In this document: positions 51,054 to 61,307 of the stretch, one piece after another
How the letters are laid out: each line of letters opens with the position of its first letter
Numbering within the stretch: position 1 is the stretch's first letter
Virus record (IMG/VR): IMGVR_UViG_3300010365_001248
Coordinates: 1 to 64,000 of that record
DNA length: 64,000 nucleotides
Strand: one strand, 5' to 3'
Source of the DNA: a virus
Taxonomy: Duplodnaviria; Caudoviricetes
The notes under the pieces: model-generated
What the model was told of the DNA's origin: nothing
What the model saw: the letters and a program-made list of their open reading frames with translations, nothing else
The model's database searches: none
Program-made: the position numbers and the translations under genes

Positions 51054-51359
51054 ATGATTGTATTACACAGTGTTAGTTTAGTAGCTTTAGCTGCAATGTT
51101 AATTTATGTTATTTGCTTTTTCTGTAAATATAGATTTATTCCACAAAGTTTATCTGTAACAGCAGAAAGGTCAGGTAGATATAGATGGTGGCAAGTTACT
51201 ATCTGTACTGTAATGGGTTGGTTAAGTTATTACTTACCAACTTGTTATCCTTTTGCTATTTATGGAGCTTTACCTCTTTTAGGAGCTGCTGGTGTAGCTG
51301 GATTAGCTTTAGCTGGTTATTATTCTTATTCACCTGGAATAGAAACTAAAAGGGAATAG
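51054..51359 (+). CDS. Membrane protein (possibly truncated)
   Basis: Three hydrophobic segments; IPQSLS motif. Confidence 0.6.
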   Translation: MIVLHSVSLVALAAMLIYVICFFCKYRFIPQSLSVTAERSGRYRWWQVTICTVMGWLSYYLPTCYPFAIYGALPLLGAAGVAGLALAGYYSYSPGIETKRE

Positions 51360-51401
51360 TTGGTTATTATATTATAATAAATTTTATAGGAGTTCTATAA
51401 A

Positions 51402-51707
51402 TTGGATATTCGTGATTTGTATATAGGACACATGTCTTCTTCTGAAGATTGGTATCAATTTATTAATTTACTTTGTAATTTAACTAAATATTTATCTGAA
51501 CAAAAGAAGAAGAAACTTTCTTGCTCTGAAGTTTGGGAGGCAATATTGAAAAAATTACCTCCTAAAGATCAATGGGCAATAGATTTAGGTAAATTGGCTG
51601 ATATTATTTATATGCATTCAGATTTATTTGATAATTATGGATTTAAACCATCTGAATATTCAAGCCAATTATTAAAAATCTTTAATACAAAACTTGTACC
51701 ATTTTGA
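51402..51707 (+). CDS. Hypothetical protein
   Basis: ORF track. Confidence 0.6.
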   Translation: MDIRDLYIGHMSSSEDWYQFINLLCNLTKYLSEQKKKKLSCSEVWEAILKKLPPKDQWAIDLGKLADIIYMHSDLFDNYGFKPSEYSSQLLKIFNTKLVPF

Positions 51708-52243
51708 AACATATAGAAACTCAAATAGTGCGAGGTATTACTGTAAAAGACGCAGTTAAAATTTTGCCTTTTAAAGTCATCAAATGTATTGATGCAGGAC
51801 AATTTTTCCGTAAACTAGATAAAGAAGGAATAAAATATTCTAATAAAAAACAAAGAGAATTTGTTTGTGAAGAATTTTTAAAATACCATAAAGCTTGGAA
51901 ACCTGGTTATGTAGGTTATATTACACATAGATGGAGAACACTTTCTTGTAGATGTAAAAGCCAATCTATAGTAACTTATAATAAAAATACCAAGCATAAA
52001 TTAGAAAACGGTTATATTGTCTATAATCAAAATAATCAAATAGTAGAATTTATATACGATATTAAATTAAGTGATTTAATTTCATATTTGAGAAAAAAAT
52101 TAAAAGTAGATACTCTTTCTACTTATAAAGTTATGAAAATTAAAACACGCGATAGAGAAACTCCTACACTTTCATTTTCTAGAAAAAATATAAATGAAGA
52201 TAAATTAGGAGAATACGATATTTTCTATTGTATTGATGATTAA
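51704..52243 (+). CDS. Hypothetical protein
   Basis: ORF track. Confidence 0.65.
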   Translation: MKHIETQIVRGITVKDAVKILPFKVIKCIDAGQFFRKLDKEGIKYSNKKQREFVCEEFLKYHKAWKPGYVGYITHRWRTLSCRCKSQSIVTYNKNTKHKLENGYIVYNQNNQIVEFIYDIKLSDLISYLRKKLKVDTLSTYKVMKIKTRDRETPTLSFSRKNINEDKLGEYDIFYCIDD

Positions 52244-52829
52244 TAGCAAAATTTATCAAACTTTAATTAAACCTTGGATAAAAGAAAAAGATGTAGAACA
52301 ATTATTTACTGATTTATATAATAATTGGAAAAATACTTTAGCTACTAAAGATCGCATTCAAAATAAATTTATTTCAGATGGTATAATTAAAGTTTATAAA
52401 GATGATTCTTTTACAAAACTTGATTATTGGATTTTACAAGAATGTAAACTCAGTACTTTTTTAGGAGATAAAGAAAAAATAGCAGCACAGTTTTTACAAT
52501 CTTTAATTTATATTAGTTTTTCTTTATATGATATTTCTTATGATTTACCTGGAGATAAATGTAAAGGTATTGTTTTAAATTCTAAATATTTTTTTGGATA
52601 CATAGATTTAAAAGATATTAATTTATCTTCTTGGGAACCTTTATGGGATAAATATAGAAAAATTGTAAGACCTTGTGATGCTTTTAAGCATTCTGAATTA
52701 TTAAATTGGGCTAAACAAAATTTAAAATTTACTAAATATTTTGATATAGAACAATTTAAAACTATCGAAGATTCAGAAAATACAGGATTATTAACCAATA
52801 TAAATAATATAAGATATGAAATTGCTTGA
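52233..52829 (+). CDS. Hypothetical protein
   Basis: ORF track. Confidence 0.65.
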   Translation: MMINSKIYQTLIKPWIKEKDVEQLFTDLYNNWKNTLATKDRIQNKFISDGIIKVYKDDSFTKLDYWILQECKLSTFLGDKEKIAAQFLQSLIYISFSLYDISYDLPGDKCKGIVLNSKYFFGYIDLKDINLSSWEPLWDKYRKIVRPCDAFKHSELLNWAKQNLKFTKYFDIEQFKTIEDSENTGLLTNINNIRYEIA

Positions 52830-53514
52830 TTTATATAAGGGTGCTACAGTTATTAACAAAAAATTAACCATTTCTCCTAAAAAATGTATAGCTCCTTTTA
52901 TAAAACAGTTTAAAGATTATAAAACTAAAATTAGTGTATTTGCATTATCTAATCAAGAAATACTTGAAAATAATATAACAAAGAAAATATATTCAGATGT
53001 ATTAATACAAGTAATTTTACCTAATATATCTTTAGCTTCTTATAAAATGATGATATGTTTTACATATAAAATAGGTTTTGGAGTAAAAATTTATAAATGT
53101 TGGTATGATATTGAAAATCAATCATATTTAGTAAATACTTCTAAAGATATTTATATGTATAATTTTGATAATATTGACTATTCTAAAGTTGCTACGTTAA
53201 TTAATGAAGATATACCTATTATTGATGAATCTAAATCTTTTAATACAGAAGATTTAAAGAAAATAATGGGTAGTTGGTCAATAGATTGTTCTCAATTAAC
53301 TTTAGCTATTAGTAAAGATAAAGTTAAATTAGCCGAAAATCTTCCTATTCGATGTTTTAAAAGAATTCAAAAACATTATTTACTTGATACTATTTCTATT
53401 AAAGAAATTAGACAAGATTTTAGTTTTCTTTTAATTGAAGATATGAAGAAAGATTTATATAATATATATGAGAAAAGTTTTCTCATCAATACTTTATTAA
53501 ATGAAAATTGTTAA
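52816..53514 (+). CDS. Hypothetical protein (DUF932-like)
   Basis: ORF track; family guess is weak. Confidence 0.6.
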   Translation: MKLLDLYKGATVINKKLTISPKKCIAPFIKQFKDYKTKISVFALSNQEILENNITKKIYSDVLIQVILPNISLASYKMMICFTYKIGFGVKIYKCWYDIENQSYLVNTSKDIYMYNFDNIDYSKVATLINEDIPIIDESKSFNTEDLKKIMGSWSIDCSQLTLAISKDKVKLAENLPIRCFKRIQKHYLLDTISIKEIRQDFSFLLIEDMKKDLYNIYEKSFLINTLLNENC

Positions 53515-56500
53515 AACTGTTATAAATAAAAAGAGAGAAGAAAAAATATTTGATATAAATAAAATTCATATAGCTATTCGTAAAAGTGCTGATAGAATTT
53601 TAGTTACTCTAAATGATTCAGATTGTATTAAAATTTCAGATGAAGTTATTAATATGATTGATACTGAAAAAATAGAAGTTTCTAAATTGCATAATATAGT
53701 TGAACAAGCTCTTGAAAAAACTGGTTTTAATAAAGTAGCAGATTCTTATAGACAATATCGAAATTATAAATTAGATCTCCAAAAAACAAAAGAAACGGCT
53801 AATAATGATATTCAAGCTACTTTTATGAGTATTATTAATGCTGTTAATAATGATATTACTAGAGAAAATGCAAATATGAATTCAGATTCTCCTGCAGGTA
53901 TGATGATGAAATTTGCAAGTGAATCAACTAAACCTTTTGTAAGTAAATATCTTTTGTCTGAAGATGTTTTACTTGCAGAATCTTTAAATTATTTACATAT
54001 TCATGATAAAGATTACTATCCAACTAAAAGTTTGACTTGTATTCAGCACCCTTTAGATAGAATTCTTGAAAAAGGATTTAAAGCGGGGCATGGAGAAGCT
54101 AGAGGAGCTAAAAGAATTGAAACTGCTAGTATTTTAGCAGCTATTTCAATGGAAACTGTACAAAATGAAATGCATAAATAATACTGTGCATACTATTAGA
54201 AATAATAGGTAAAAATAAAAATAACGTGAACTTGTTTATCAGCAAGGTGTGAAAGAAACCTTTAGGGTTATATAGGAAATGATATATTTATTCTTTTGCT
54301 AACAGGGGAAGACACGTCCAAGTTTATCCTGTGCCAAGTACTAGTTACCATAAAAGTATTAATAAAAACTAGTAACTAGTAAAGGTCAAGAGACTATCGA
54401 AAAGTTATATTTTGCATAAGAAAATAAACACTTAGTAGAGTAGGGTAGAGATTGATACTATCCGAAGTGCGTTACAACTTAACATTTGAAGGTGAAGTTG
54501 ATGATATAGTCCGTCCTAAATTTATATTTAGGAAGGGTGGACAAGCAATTCCAGCTTTTGATTTTTATATGGCACCTTATGTAAGAAAAACATTTAATGA
54601 AGAAATTCTCAAAATTAAAAATTTTATGTTTGATTCAAATATTAATTGGGAGAATTTAATGAATATTAAATTGAAAGATTATATAAAGAAGCCTTTAACT
54701 GATTGTAAAGATTTGTCAGAAAAAATCATACAACAAGCTATAAATAATACAGTAGATAGAGTTCATCAAGCTATGGAATCTTTTATTCATAATATGAATT
54801 CTATTCATTCTAGAGGAGGTAAAATATGATTGCCTCCCAAATATAGTAATATATTTGTAAAAAATCCCGTAAAATCGGTGAAGTCTAAAAATATTAGGAT
54901 TCCAATAATATTCAAGATAATACCGAGGTAAGTTCTAAGATTGCGAAAGGCTTGGAAACACCGTAGAGCATAGTGGGTGAATAAATATAATCCCGCCAAG
55001 AGTATGGGACCCCAAATATATTTGGGTGAAAATGTATGCCGAACTATAAAGAAATTTATAGAAATAAAGGATAAAAAACCTTTATGATAACAAAATTGAA
55101 TCAAGTTGTATTTAGTAGTATTAATTATGGTACTGATACTTCAGCTGAAGGTAGGTGTGTAATTAGAGAACTATTAATATCTACGGAACAAGGAGTAGGA
55201 AATAATGCTACAGCTATTTTTCCGATACAAATTTGGAAAACAAAAGAAGGTGTATCAATATTACCTACTGATCCTAATTATGATTTATATAAATTCGCTT
55301 GTAAAGTTAGTGCACGCAGATTTTTTCCAAATTTTTTAAATCTAGATGCTACTTTTAACAAAGATGATGCTTGGGATATTAATGATCCTAAACGTTATGA
55401 ACATGAAGTAGCTGCAATGGGTAAGTGAAAATGCAGCCCATTTAAAACCTTTTGAACCGTGCTAACGGGTGTGGAATAAACGATTTAGTTTAGATTAATA
55501 GTCTATTAATTATTCTGCTAACTGCTAGGTCCAATAATAGCAGTTCTAAAATTATTGGATGAGGCAGTGCCAAATCGCAAAATGCGAAAGTGTGAATCGA
55601 CTATCCCTGATGAGTGTAAGGGAGTAGAATTGGAGATAAGCACCAATTCGAAGCGGAAGGCTCTAGAAATAGAGAACATATAGTCAGTACTAATGGTGAC
55701 ATTAGATTAATACGTGTAGAACCAGAGTTTATGAAAATGCTTTTGGACCTAAAACTTCAATAGGTAGAGGTAATATTAGTTTTTCTACTATGAATTTAGT
55801 TAAATTAGCTATTGAGGTTTCAATTCAAGATGAATTTTTATATAAAGAAAATAATAATTGGAAATTTAATGAAAATAAAAATTCAATTGAAGATAAAAAT
55901 AGAAGGCTAGAAGCATTTTTAATTAAATTATCAAATTTAGTAACTATTACTACTAAACAATTACATCAACGTTTTGAATTTCAAAAAACTGCTTTGAAAA
56001 AACAATTTCCTTTATTAATGCAAGGACTTTGGAATGGTTCTGAATCTTTAAAAGATACAGATACTATCGAATCAGTTATTAATTCAGGAACCCTCGGTGT
56101 GGGCTTTATAGGTTTGGCTGAAACTTTGGTAGCTTTAACTGGAAAACATCATGGAGAATCTGAAGAAAGTCAAAAGTTTGGTTTAACTATAATTAAAAGT
56201 ATTAAAGATCAATGCGTTGAAGCTAGAGAAAAATATAAGCATAATTATGCTTGTTTAGCTACTCCAGCTGAAGGTTTATCTGGTAAATTTACTAAAATAG
56301 ATAAAAAAGAATTTGGAATTATTCCTGGAGTTATTGACAAAGAATATTATACTAATTCTAATCATGTTCCTGTAGAATATAAATGTAGTATTGAGCACAA
56401 ATTTAAAATCGAAGGACCTTATCATGAATTAATTACAGCTGGTCACATCGGATATTGTGAGATTGATGGAGATTTAACTAAAAATCCAGAAGCTATTATG

Positions 56501-56764
56501 GATATAGTTCAATTAGGTAGAAAATATAATATGGGATATATTTCTATTAATCATATACAATTGAGATGTCCTTATTGTAATTATGAATCTAACGAAAATT
56601 TAAATATTACAGAATGTCCGCATGATCATCATAAATTAGATATTTTGCAAAGAATTACTGGATATTTAGTAGGATCTACTGATCGTTGGAATTCAGGAAA
56701 ATTAGATGAATTACATAGAAGAATTAATCATAATTTATATGAAAATACTTCAAATAATTCCTAA
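53501..56764 (+). CDS. nrdD: Anaerobic (class III) ribonucleotide reductase, spliced 53501-54175 + 54536-54820 + 55099-55422 + 55715-56764, 777 aa
   Basis: ATP-cone, ENAN, HIHDKD, EMH|GGQ, SRGG|NQVVFSS, MG|CRT, TPAEGL, YYTNS and the RITGYL glycyl-radical loop. Confidence 0.96.
54176..54535 (+). mobile_element. Group I intron 11 (nrdD)
   Basis: IGS GTGCAT pairs ATGCAT; P7 AGAGACTA/ATAGTCC. Confidence 0.9.
54821..55098 (+). mobile_element. Group I intron 12 (nrdD), variant-P7 family
   Basis: IGS GATTGCCTCC pairs GGAGGT|AATC; P7 GCATA/TATGC. Confidence 0.92.
55423..55714 (+). mobile_element. Group I intron 13 (nrdD, just before the catalytic Cys codon)
   Basis: IGS GCAGCCCAT pairs ATGGGT|TGT; P7 GACTA/TAGTC. 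Confidence 0.9.
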
Positions 56765-57215
56765 TACTGTAGTAGATGGTCCTCATTTGAGGACCTCTAT
56801 TTATATTAGTGGTTGTAAACACAATTGTAAAGGATGTCATAATCCTCAATCTCATGATTTTAATGCAGGTATAGAAATTACAATTCAAGATTTAATAAAT
56901 AAAATTTTATCTTTAAATTGTAATTATATTACTTTAAGTGGAGGAGATCCTTTATATTCAGCTATTGAATGTTGTGAATTATGTAAAAAATTAAAAGAAT
57001 TAAATCCGAATTTTAATATTTGGGTTTATACTGGTTTTGAATTTGAATACGTAAAACATTTTGAAATTATGAAATATATAGATGTTTTATGTGATGGTCC
57101 TTTTATAGAAAGATTAAAAGATACTTCTTTACCTTTTAGAGGATCTTCAAATCAAAGATTAATAGATGTTCCAGCATCGTTAAAATCTGGTAAAATAATT
57201 TTATTTAATAATTAA
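56739..57215 (+). CDS. nrdG: Anaerobic RNR activating radical-SAM enzyme
   Basis: VDGPHLR, CKHNCKGC, TLSGGDP and FRGSSNQR motifs. Confidence 0.95.
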   Translation: MKILQIIPNTVVDGPHLRTSIYISGCKHNCKGCHNPQSHDFNAGIEITIQDLINKILSLNCNYITLSGGDPLYSAIECCELCKKLKELNPNFNIWVYTGFEFEYVKHFEIMKYIDVLCDGPFIERLKDTSLPFRGSSNQRLIDVPASLKSGKIILFNN

Positions 57216-57234
57216 TTTTAATTAAATTTGCACT

Positions 57235-57663
57235 ATGAAAATTTATTTAGCTAGTCCATTTTTTAATGAAACAGAAATTAATAATGTTAAAGCAGCAGCA
57301 GATGTACTAAGAATGCTAGGACATGATGTATATGTTCCTATGGAACATGAAAATAGAGAACTATCAAAATCAGATCCTGAAACTTTTAGTAAAACTACTT
57401 TTAAACTAGATGTTGATGCTATTAATGATGCTCAAGCAGTTGTAGCACTTTATTATGATAATTATAGTGATTCAGGTACAGCTTGGGAAATAGGTTATTC
57501 TTATGCTTTACATAAAAGACTAATTGTGGTACATATGGCAAATACACCTAGTAATTTAATGGTTCATGAAGCTGCTCACGCTAATATAAAAGGACTACTA
57601 AATTTAGGACTTTATGATTTTACAAATATGCCTTGGGTGCCTTGGGATGGTAAATTAATTTAA
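57235..57663 (+). CDS. Nucleoside 2-deoxyribosyltransferase family protein
   Basis: IYLASPFF, D..AI and DSGTAWEIGY motifs. Confidence 0.9.
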   Translation: MKIYLASPFFNETEINNVKAAADVLRMLGHDVYVPMEHENRELSKSDPETFSKTTFKLDVDAINDAQAVVALYYDNYSDSGTAWEIGYSYALHKRLIVVHMANTPSNLMVHEAAHANIKGLLNLGLYDFTNMPWVPWDGKLI

Positions 57664-57840
57664 AATGAATATTTTTATTTTATTTTATAAAATAATTATA
57701 GGAAGTTTTGTTTTATTTATAACCTCCTATAGTATTTATATAAATTCTGTAGATCTAAATAATTTAGGAATTAAAAATGAAGATCAGAAATCATTAAAAT
57801 TAATGATTGCTTTTTTAATTCTTTTAGCAATTATCTTATA

Positions 57841-58014
57841 ATGAGTAAAAATAAAACTATCTTTGTATCAAGAGAAAGTATGCGATTGAGATCAATCGTT
57901 AGAGCTAAATCTATCAATGATGCACTAGAAGAGCATCGTAAATCTAATTCTAAAGAATTACGTAATAGTAAAGATAATATTACTAAATTTGAAAAGAAAA
58001 AAGATTTTAGATGA
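57841..58014 (+). CDS. Small hypothetical protein (57 aa)
   Basis: Manual translation MSKNKTIFVSRE...; ATGA overlap with the next gene. Confidence 0.5.
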   Translation: MSKNKTIFVSRESMRLRSIVRAKSINDALEEHRKSNSKELRNSKDNITKFEKKKDFR

Positions 58015-58277
58015 AATTAATTTTATGTCATTCTGATGATAATTGGGCAAATAAAATAATTGCTCAATTATCTAAAGATATTGAAATAGAATCTTACAAC
58101 GAATTTTATAAAAAAGAAAGAACAAAAGCGTTTAGAGTAAAAGGGGGGTTTGGTGCAAGAGCCACTCCTTTTGCTCTTTTTTATTACAATGATAAAATAA
58201 AACCTTTTTATTCTGAAACTTTAGATTGTACTGAAGAAAATATTATTAATTTTATTAAATCTATTAACAATGATTAA
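58011..58277 (+). CDS. Small thioredoxin-fold-like protein lacking CxxC
   Basis: GARATPF motif; located among nucleotide-metabolism genes. Confidence 0.5.
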   Translation: MKLILCHSDDNWANKIIAQLSKDIEIESYNEFYKKERTKAFRVKGGFGARATPFALFYYNDKIKPFYSETLDCTEENIINFIKSINND

Positions 58278-58773
58278 TGTACGTGTAATTAAAAAAACTA
58301 TGAATGATCTTCCAAAAGAAGCTACTGTAGGTTCTGCAGGATTAGATTTTCAAGCTGATCTTTTGGAAATTAAAGAAAAATTTCTTTTCAATGCAGAAGT
58401 ACTAAAAGATCAAGAAGGTAATATTAAAGGTATTCTTATAATGCCTGGAGGTAGAGCACTTATTCCTACTGGAATTTATATGGATATGCCTGAAGGTATT
58501 TATATGGAACTTTTTGTACGTAGTGGTCATGCTATTAAACTAGGTATAATGTCATCAACTGGAGTATCTGTAATTGATACTGATTATCATCAAGAAATAG
58601 GTATTCCTCTTACTAATTTTGGAGACAAACCTTTCTTTATTGCTCAGGGTGATCGTATTGCTCAAGGAGTTTTTAAAAGAAAATTGGATATTAATTTTGA
58701 AGTAGTAGAAGATTTTAATATTCAAGAAGAGACACGTAACGGAGGTTATGGATCAACTAATCAAATTCAGTAA
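58270..58773 (+). CDS. dut: dUTPase (trimeric)
   Basis: SAGLD, RSG, VIDTDY, RIAQ and RNGGYGST motifs. Confidence 0.95.
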   Translation: MINVRVIKKTMNDLPKEATVGSAGLDFQADLLEIKEKFLFNAEVLKDQEGNIKGILIMPGGRALIPTGIYMDMPEGIYMELFVRSGHAIKLGIMSSTGVSVIDTDYHQEIGIPLTNFGDKPFFIAQGDRIAQGVFKRKLDINFEVVEDFNIQEETRNGGYGSTNQIQ

Positions 58774-59951
58774 TGAAACTAGTAACTAGAGATTCTAAAA
58801 ATAAAATTCGTGTTATTTATATTTCTTTGATAGAAGATATTAAAGATGTTTCTTATACTATTAAAAGAAGTAGTGGTCTACTAGAAGGAAAATTAATTAT
58901 ACAACCTGAGATTAAGATTACTAAAGGTAAAGTAAAACGTACTGTTTTTCAGCAAGCTGAACTTCAATTTAATAGTGAAGTTAAAAAGTTAAAAGACAAA
59001 GGATATAAAGAAATTTCTGTTAATTTATCTGTAGAAGAAATAGATAAGTTTTTAGGTCAAAATAAAACAGATTCAGAAGGTAATTATAAACCTATGCTTG
59101 CCAAAGCTTTAAAAGATTGTGATCAATCAAAAATTGATAATAAACAATGGTATATTTCTAGAAAAATAAATGGATTGAGATGTACTATTTGTAAACAAAA
59201 TGGTGTTTTACATGCTTTTGGTAGAGGTTCAAGTACTTATGATACTGCTATATCACATATTTTAAATCATCCTAAACTTATTGAATTCTTTGACAAAAAT
59301 CCTACTATTATTTTAGATGGAGAATGCTATAAACATGGTATTTATCTACAAGAAATTAGTGGTAAAATGAGGCAAGAATCTGAACAAATTCCTGAACTAG
59401 AATTTTATCTTTATGATGTTGTAGATCCTTCTAAAAAATTTACAGAAAGATTTAAACTTTTGCAACAAATTGAAAAGGATTTAGATTTATATTTTTTACC
59501 AGATAGAGAATGGAATGATAATGATTTAAAAATTCAAATTGTTCCTCAAGAACTTGTAAATAATTTAGATGAAATTAATGCTAAACATGATCAATTTGTT
59601 TCTGAAGGCTTTGAAGGAGCAGTTATTCGAGATCCAAATAGCTTGTATGTATGTGGCGGTAGAAATTTGTCCATGGTTAAAGTTAAACGATACTTGGATG
59701 ACTGTTTTACAGTTGTTGGAATACAACAAGGATTGCGTAAATATGATGATATGGTATTTGTTTTAAAAACTAAAGATAATTTATATTTTAATGCTAAACC
59801 TATGGGTAGTAGAGAATTAAAAATAGATTATACTGATAATTTTGAAACTAAATATAAAAATCATATTGGAGAATGTAAATTCTTTGAATATTCAAAAGAA
59901 AATATTCCTTGTCAACCTACGTTTATTTCTTTTAGATTTGATCTTGAATAA
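58773..59951 (+). CDS. ATP-dependent DNA ligase
   Basis: PMLA, K-I-N-G-L-R (KxDG variant), LDGE, YD, EGAVIR and KVK motifs. Confidence 0.92.
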   Translation: MKLVTRDSKNKIRVIYISLIEDIKDVSYTIKRSSGLLEGKLIIQPEIKITKGKVKRTVFQQAELQFNSEVKKLKDKGYKEISVNLSVEEIDKFLGQNKTDSEGNYKPMLAKALKDCDQSKIDNKQWYISRKINGLRCTICKQNGVLHAFGRGSSTYDTAISHILNHPKLIEFFDKNPTIILDGECYKHGIYLQEISGKMRQESEQIPELEFYLYDVVDPSKKFTERFKLLQQIEKDLDLYFLPDREWNDNDLKIQIVPQELVNNLDEINAKHDQFVSEGFEGAVIRDPNSLYVCGGRNLSMVKVKRYLDDCFTVVGIQQGLRKYDDMVFVLKTKDNLYFNAKPMGSRELKIDYTDNFETKYKNHIGECKFFEYSKENIPCQPTFISFRFDLE

Positions 59952-59961
59952 ATAATAATTT

Positions 59962-60213
59962 ATGAAAAATATAACCAATTTATCTAATACTTATAATAAT
60001 GTAATTAAATTAGCAGATGATCTTTCAAAATTTATTAAAGATTATCAACCACAAAATGCTAATGATTACTTTGATAAAGACTTAATGGTGACTCAACTTA
60101 ATATATTACACAGTCTTGCTTGTACTTTAGCTATGCGTATTAATATTAATAGTGTACAAGAAGAACCTGAAGAGGCACCTATTATGGATAATGAGCCTTC
60201 TGTAAATGATTAA
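59962..60213 (+). CDS. crAss001_48-like small protein
   Basis: KL..DL.KFI...LM..QL.I...L...LAMRI pattern. Confidence 0.55.
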   Translation: MKNITNLSNTYNNVIKLADDLSKFIKDYQPQNANDYFDKDLMVTQLNILHSLACTLAMRININSVQEEPEEAPIMDNEPSVND

Positions 60214-61054
60214 AAAAGTAATTTTTACAGACCATTCTAATGATATACTAGTAAAATATTTTCATGATATTAATAAATATCCTATTCTATCAAATGATGA
60301 AATTAATCAACTTATTCCGTCGGCACAAAAAGGTAATGAACAATCAATTGATTTAATATGTAAATCAGTACTCCGTTTTGTTGTAACTATTGCAAAACAG
60401 TTACAATATAAAGGAGTACCTTTAATGGATTTAATATCAGAAGGTAATTATGGTATTTTAACTGCTATTAAAAAATATAAAGTAGAAAAAGAAATACCTT
60501 TTATTTACTATGCTATTCATTGGATTAAACAAAAGATGTATATTGCTATTTATGGAACTAATAAATCTATACGTATTACTTTTGTACAAAATATGCGTTT
60601 AAATAAGATTATTAAAGTTTCAGCTAAATTTATGCAAGAACATCAACGTGAACCTTCTGCTGAAGAATTAGAAGAATTAACTGGATTTCCTTTAAAAGAA
60701 ATTAAGATTTTATTACCTTATTTAGATAAAGTCAATTCTTTAGATACTATAATTGAATCTAATGATTCTGAAACAACTTTAGGAGAATTATTACCAGGAG
60801 ATTATATTGAACAAGATACTGATTTACATAAAGAATATGTAAATAAAAAACTTTATAAAGTTTTGAATAAATTAACTTTAAGAGAAAAAGCTGTTATTTG
60901 TTTAATATATGGAATACAATGTCAACAAATGTATTTACCTGATATTGCTAAATTATTTGGAGTTTGTGAAGAACGCATTAGGCAAATTAAAGAAAAAGCT
61001 TTATACAGATTGAAAAAATATAAACGTTATTTTATCGAAATAAATTATGCGTAA
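60206..61054 (+). CDS. Sigma-70 family RNA polymerase sigma factor
   Basis: LRFVVTIAK, DLISEGNYG, YAIHWIKQ, REPSAEEL and ERIRQIKEKAL motifs. Confidence 0.93.
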   Translation: MIKKVIFTDHSNDILVKYFHDINKYPILSNDEINQLIPSAQKGNEQSIDLICKSVLRFVVTIAKQLQYKGVPLMDLISEGNYGILTAIKKYKVEKEIPFIYYAIHWIKQKMYIAIYGTNKSIRITFVQNMRLNKIIKVSAKFMQEHQREPSAEELEELTGFPLKEIKILLPYLDKVNSLDTIIESNDSETTLGELLPGDYIEQDTDLHKEYVNKKLYKVLNKLTLREKAVICLIYGIQCQQMYLPDIAKLFGVCEERIRQIKEKALYRLKKYKRYFIEINYA

Positions 61055-61307
61055 GAAAGTTTTAATGAAAGGTCGCTATGGATTGAAACACTATTTAGTT
61101 GTAGATGAAGAAGATCCTAATCTATATAAATTGCAAACTGATAAAAAAACTAGTTATGTTTCAACTATAGGAGATAATTTTGATGATCTAGTAGCTGTTG
61201 ATCCTGAAGGTGGTCCTTATATTTCAAAAGGTAGTAAATTACTTAATAAAATTATTTCTTCTATTTATCAGGATGAAGATGGAACTATTTTTATTAGATT
61301 AGAATGA
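61047..61307 (+). CDS. Hypothetical phage protein
   Basis: VDPEGGPYI motif. Confidence 0.7.
   Translation: MRKKVLMKGRYGLKHYLVVDEEDPNLYKLQTDKKTSYVSTIGDNFDDLVAVDPEGGPYISKGSKLLNKIISSIYQDEDGTIFIRLE

Noticed and set aside
48430-55104. Minus-strand ORFs 48430..48681 and 54805..55104 with similar FCYH starts
   Set aside because: They are antisense to the conserved 3' ends of related introns; the similarity reflects RNA conservation.
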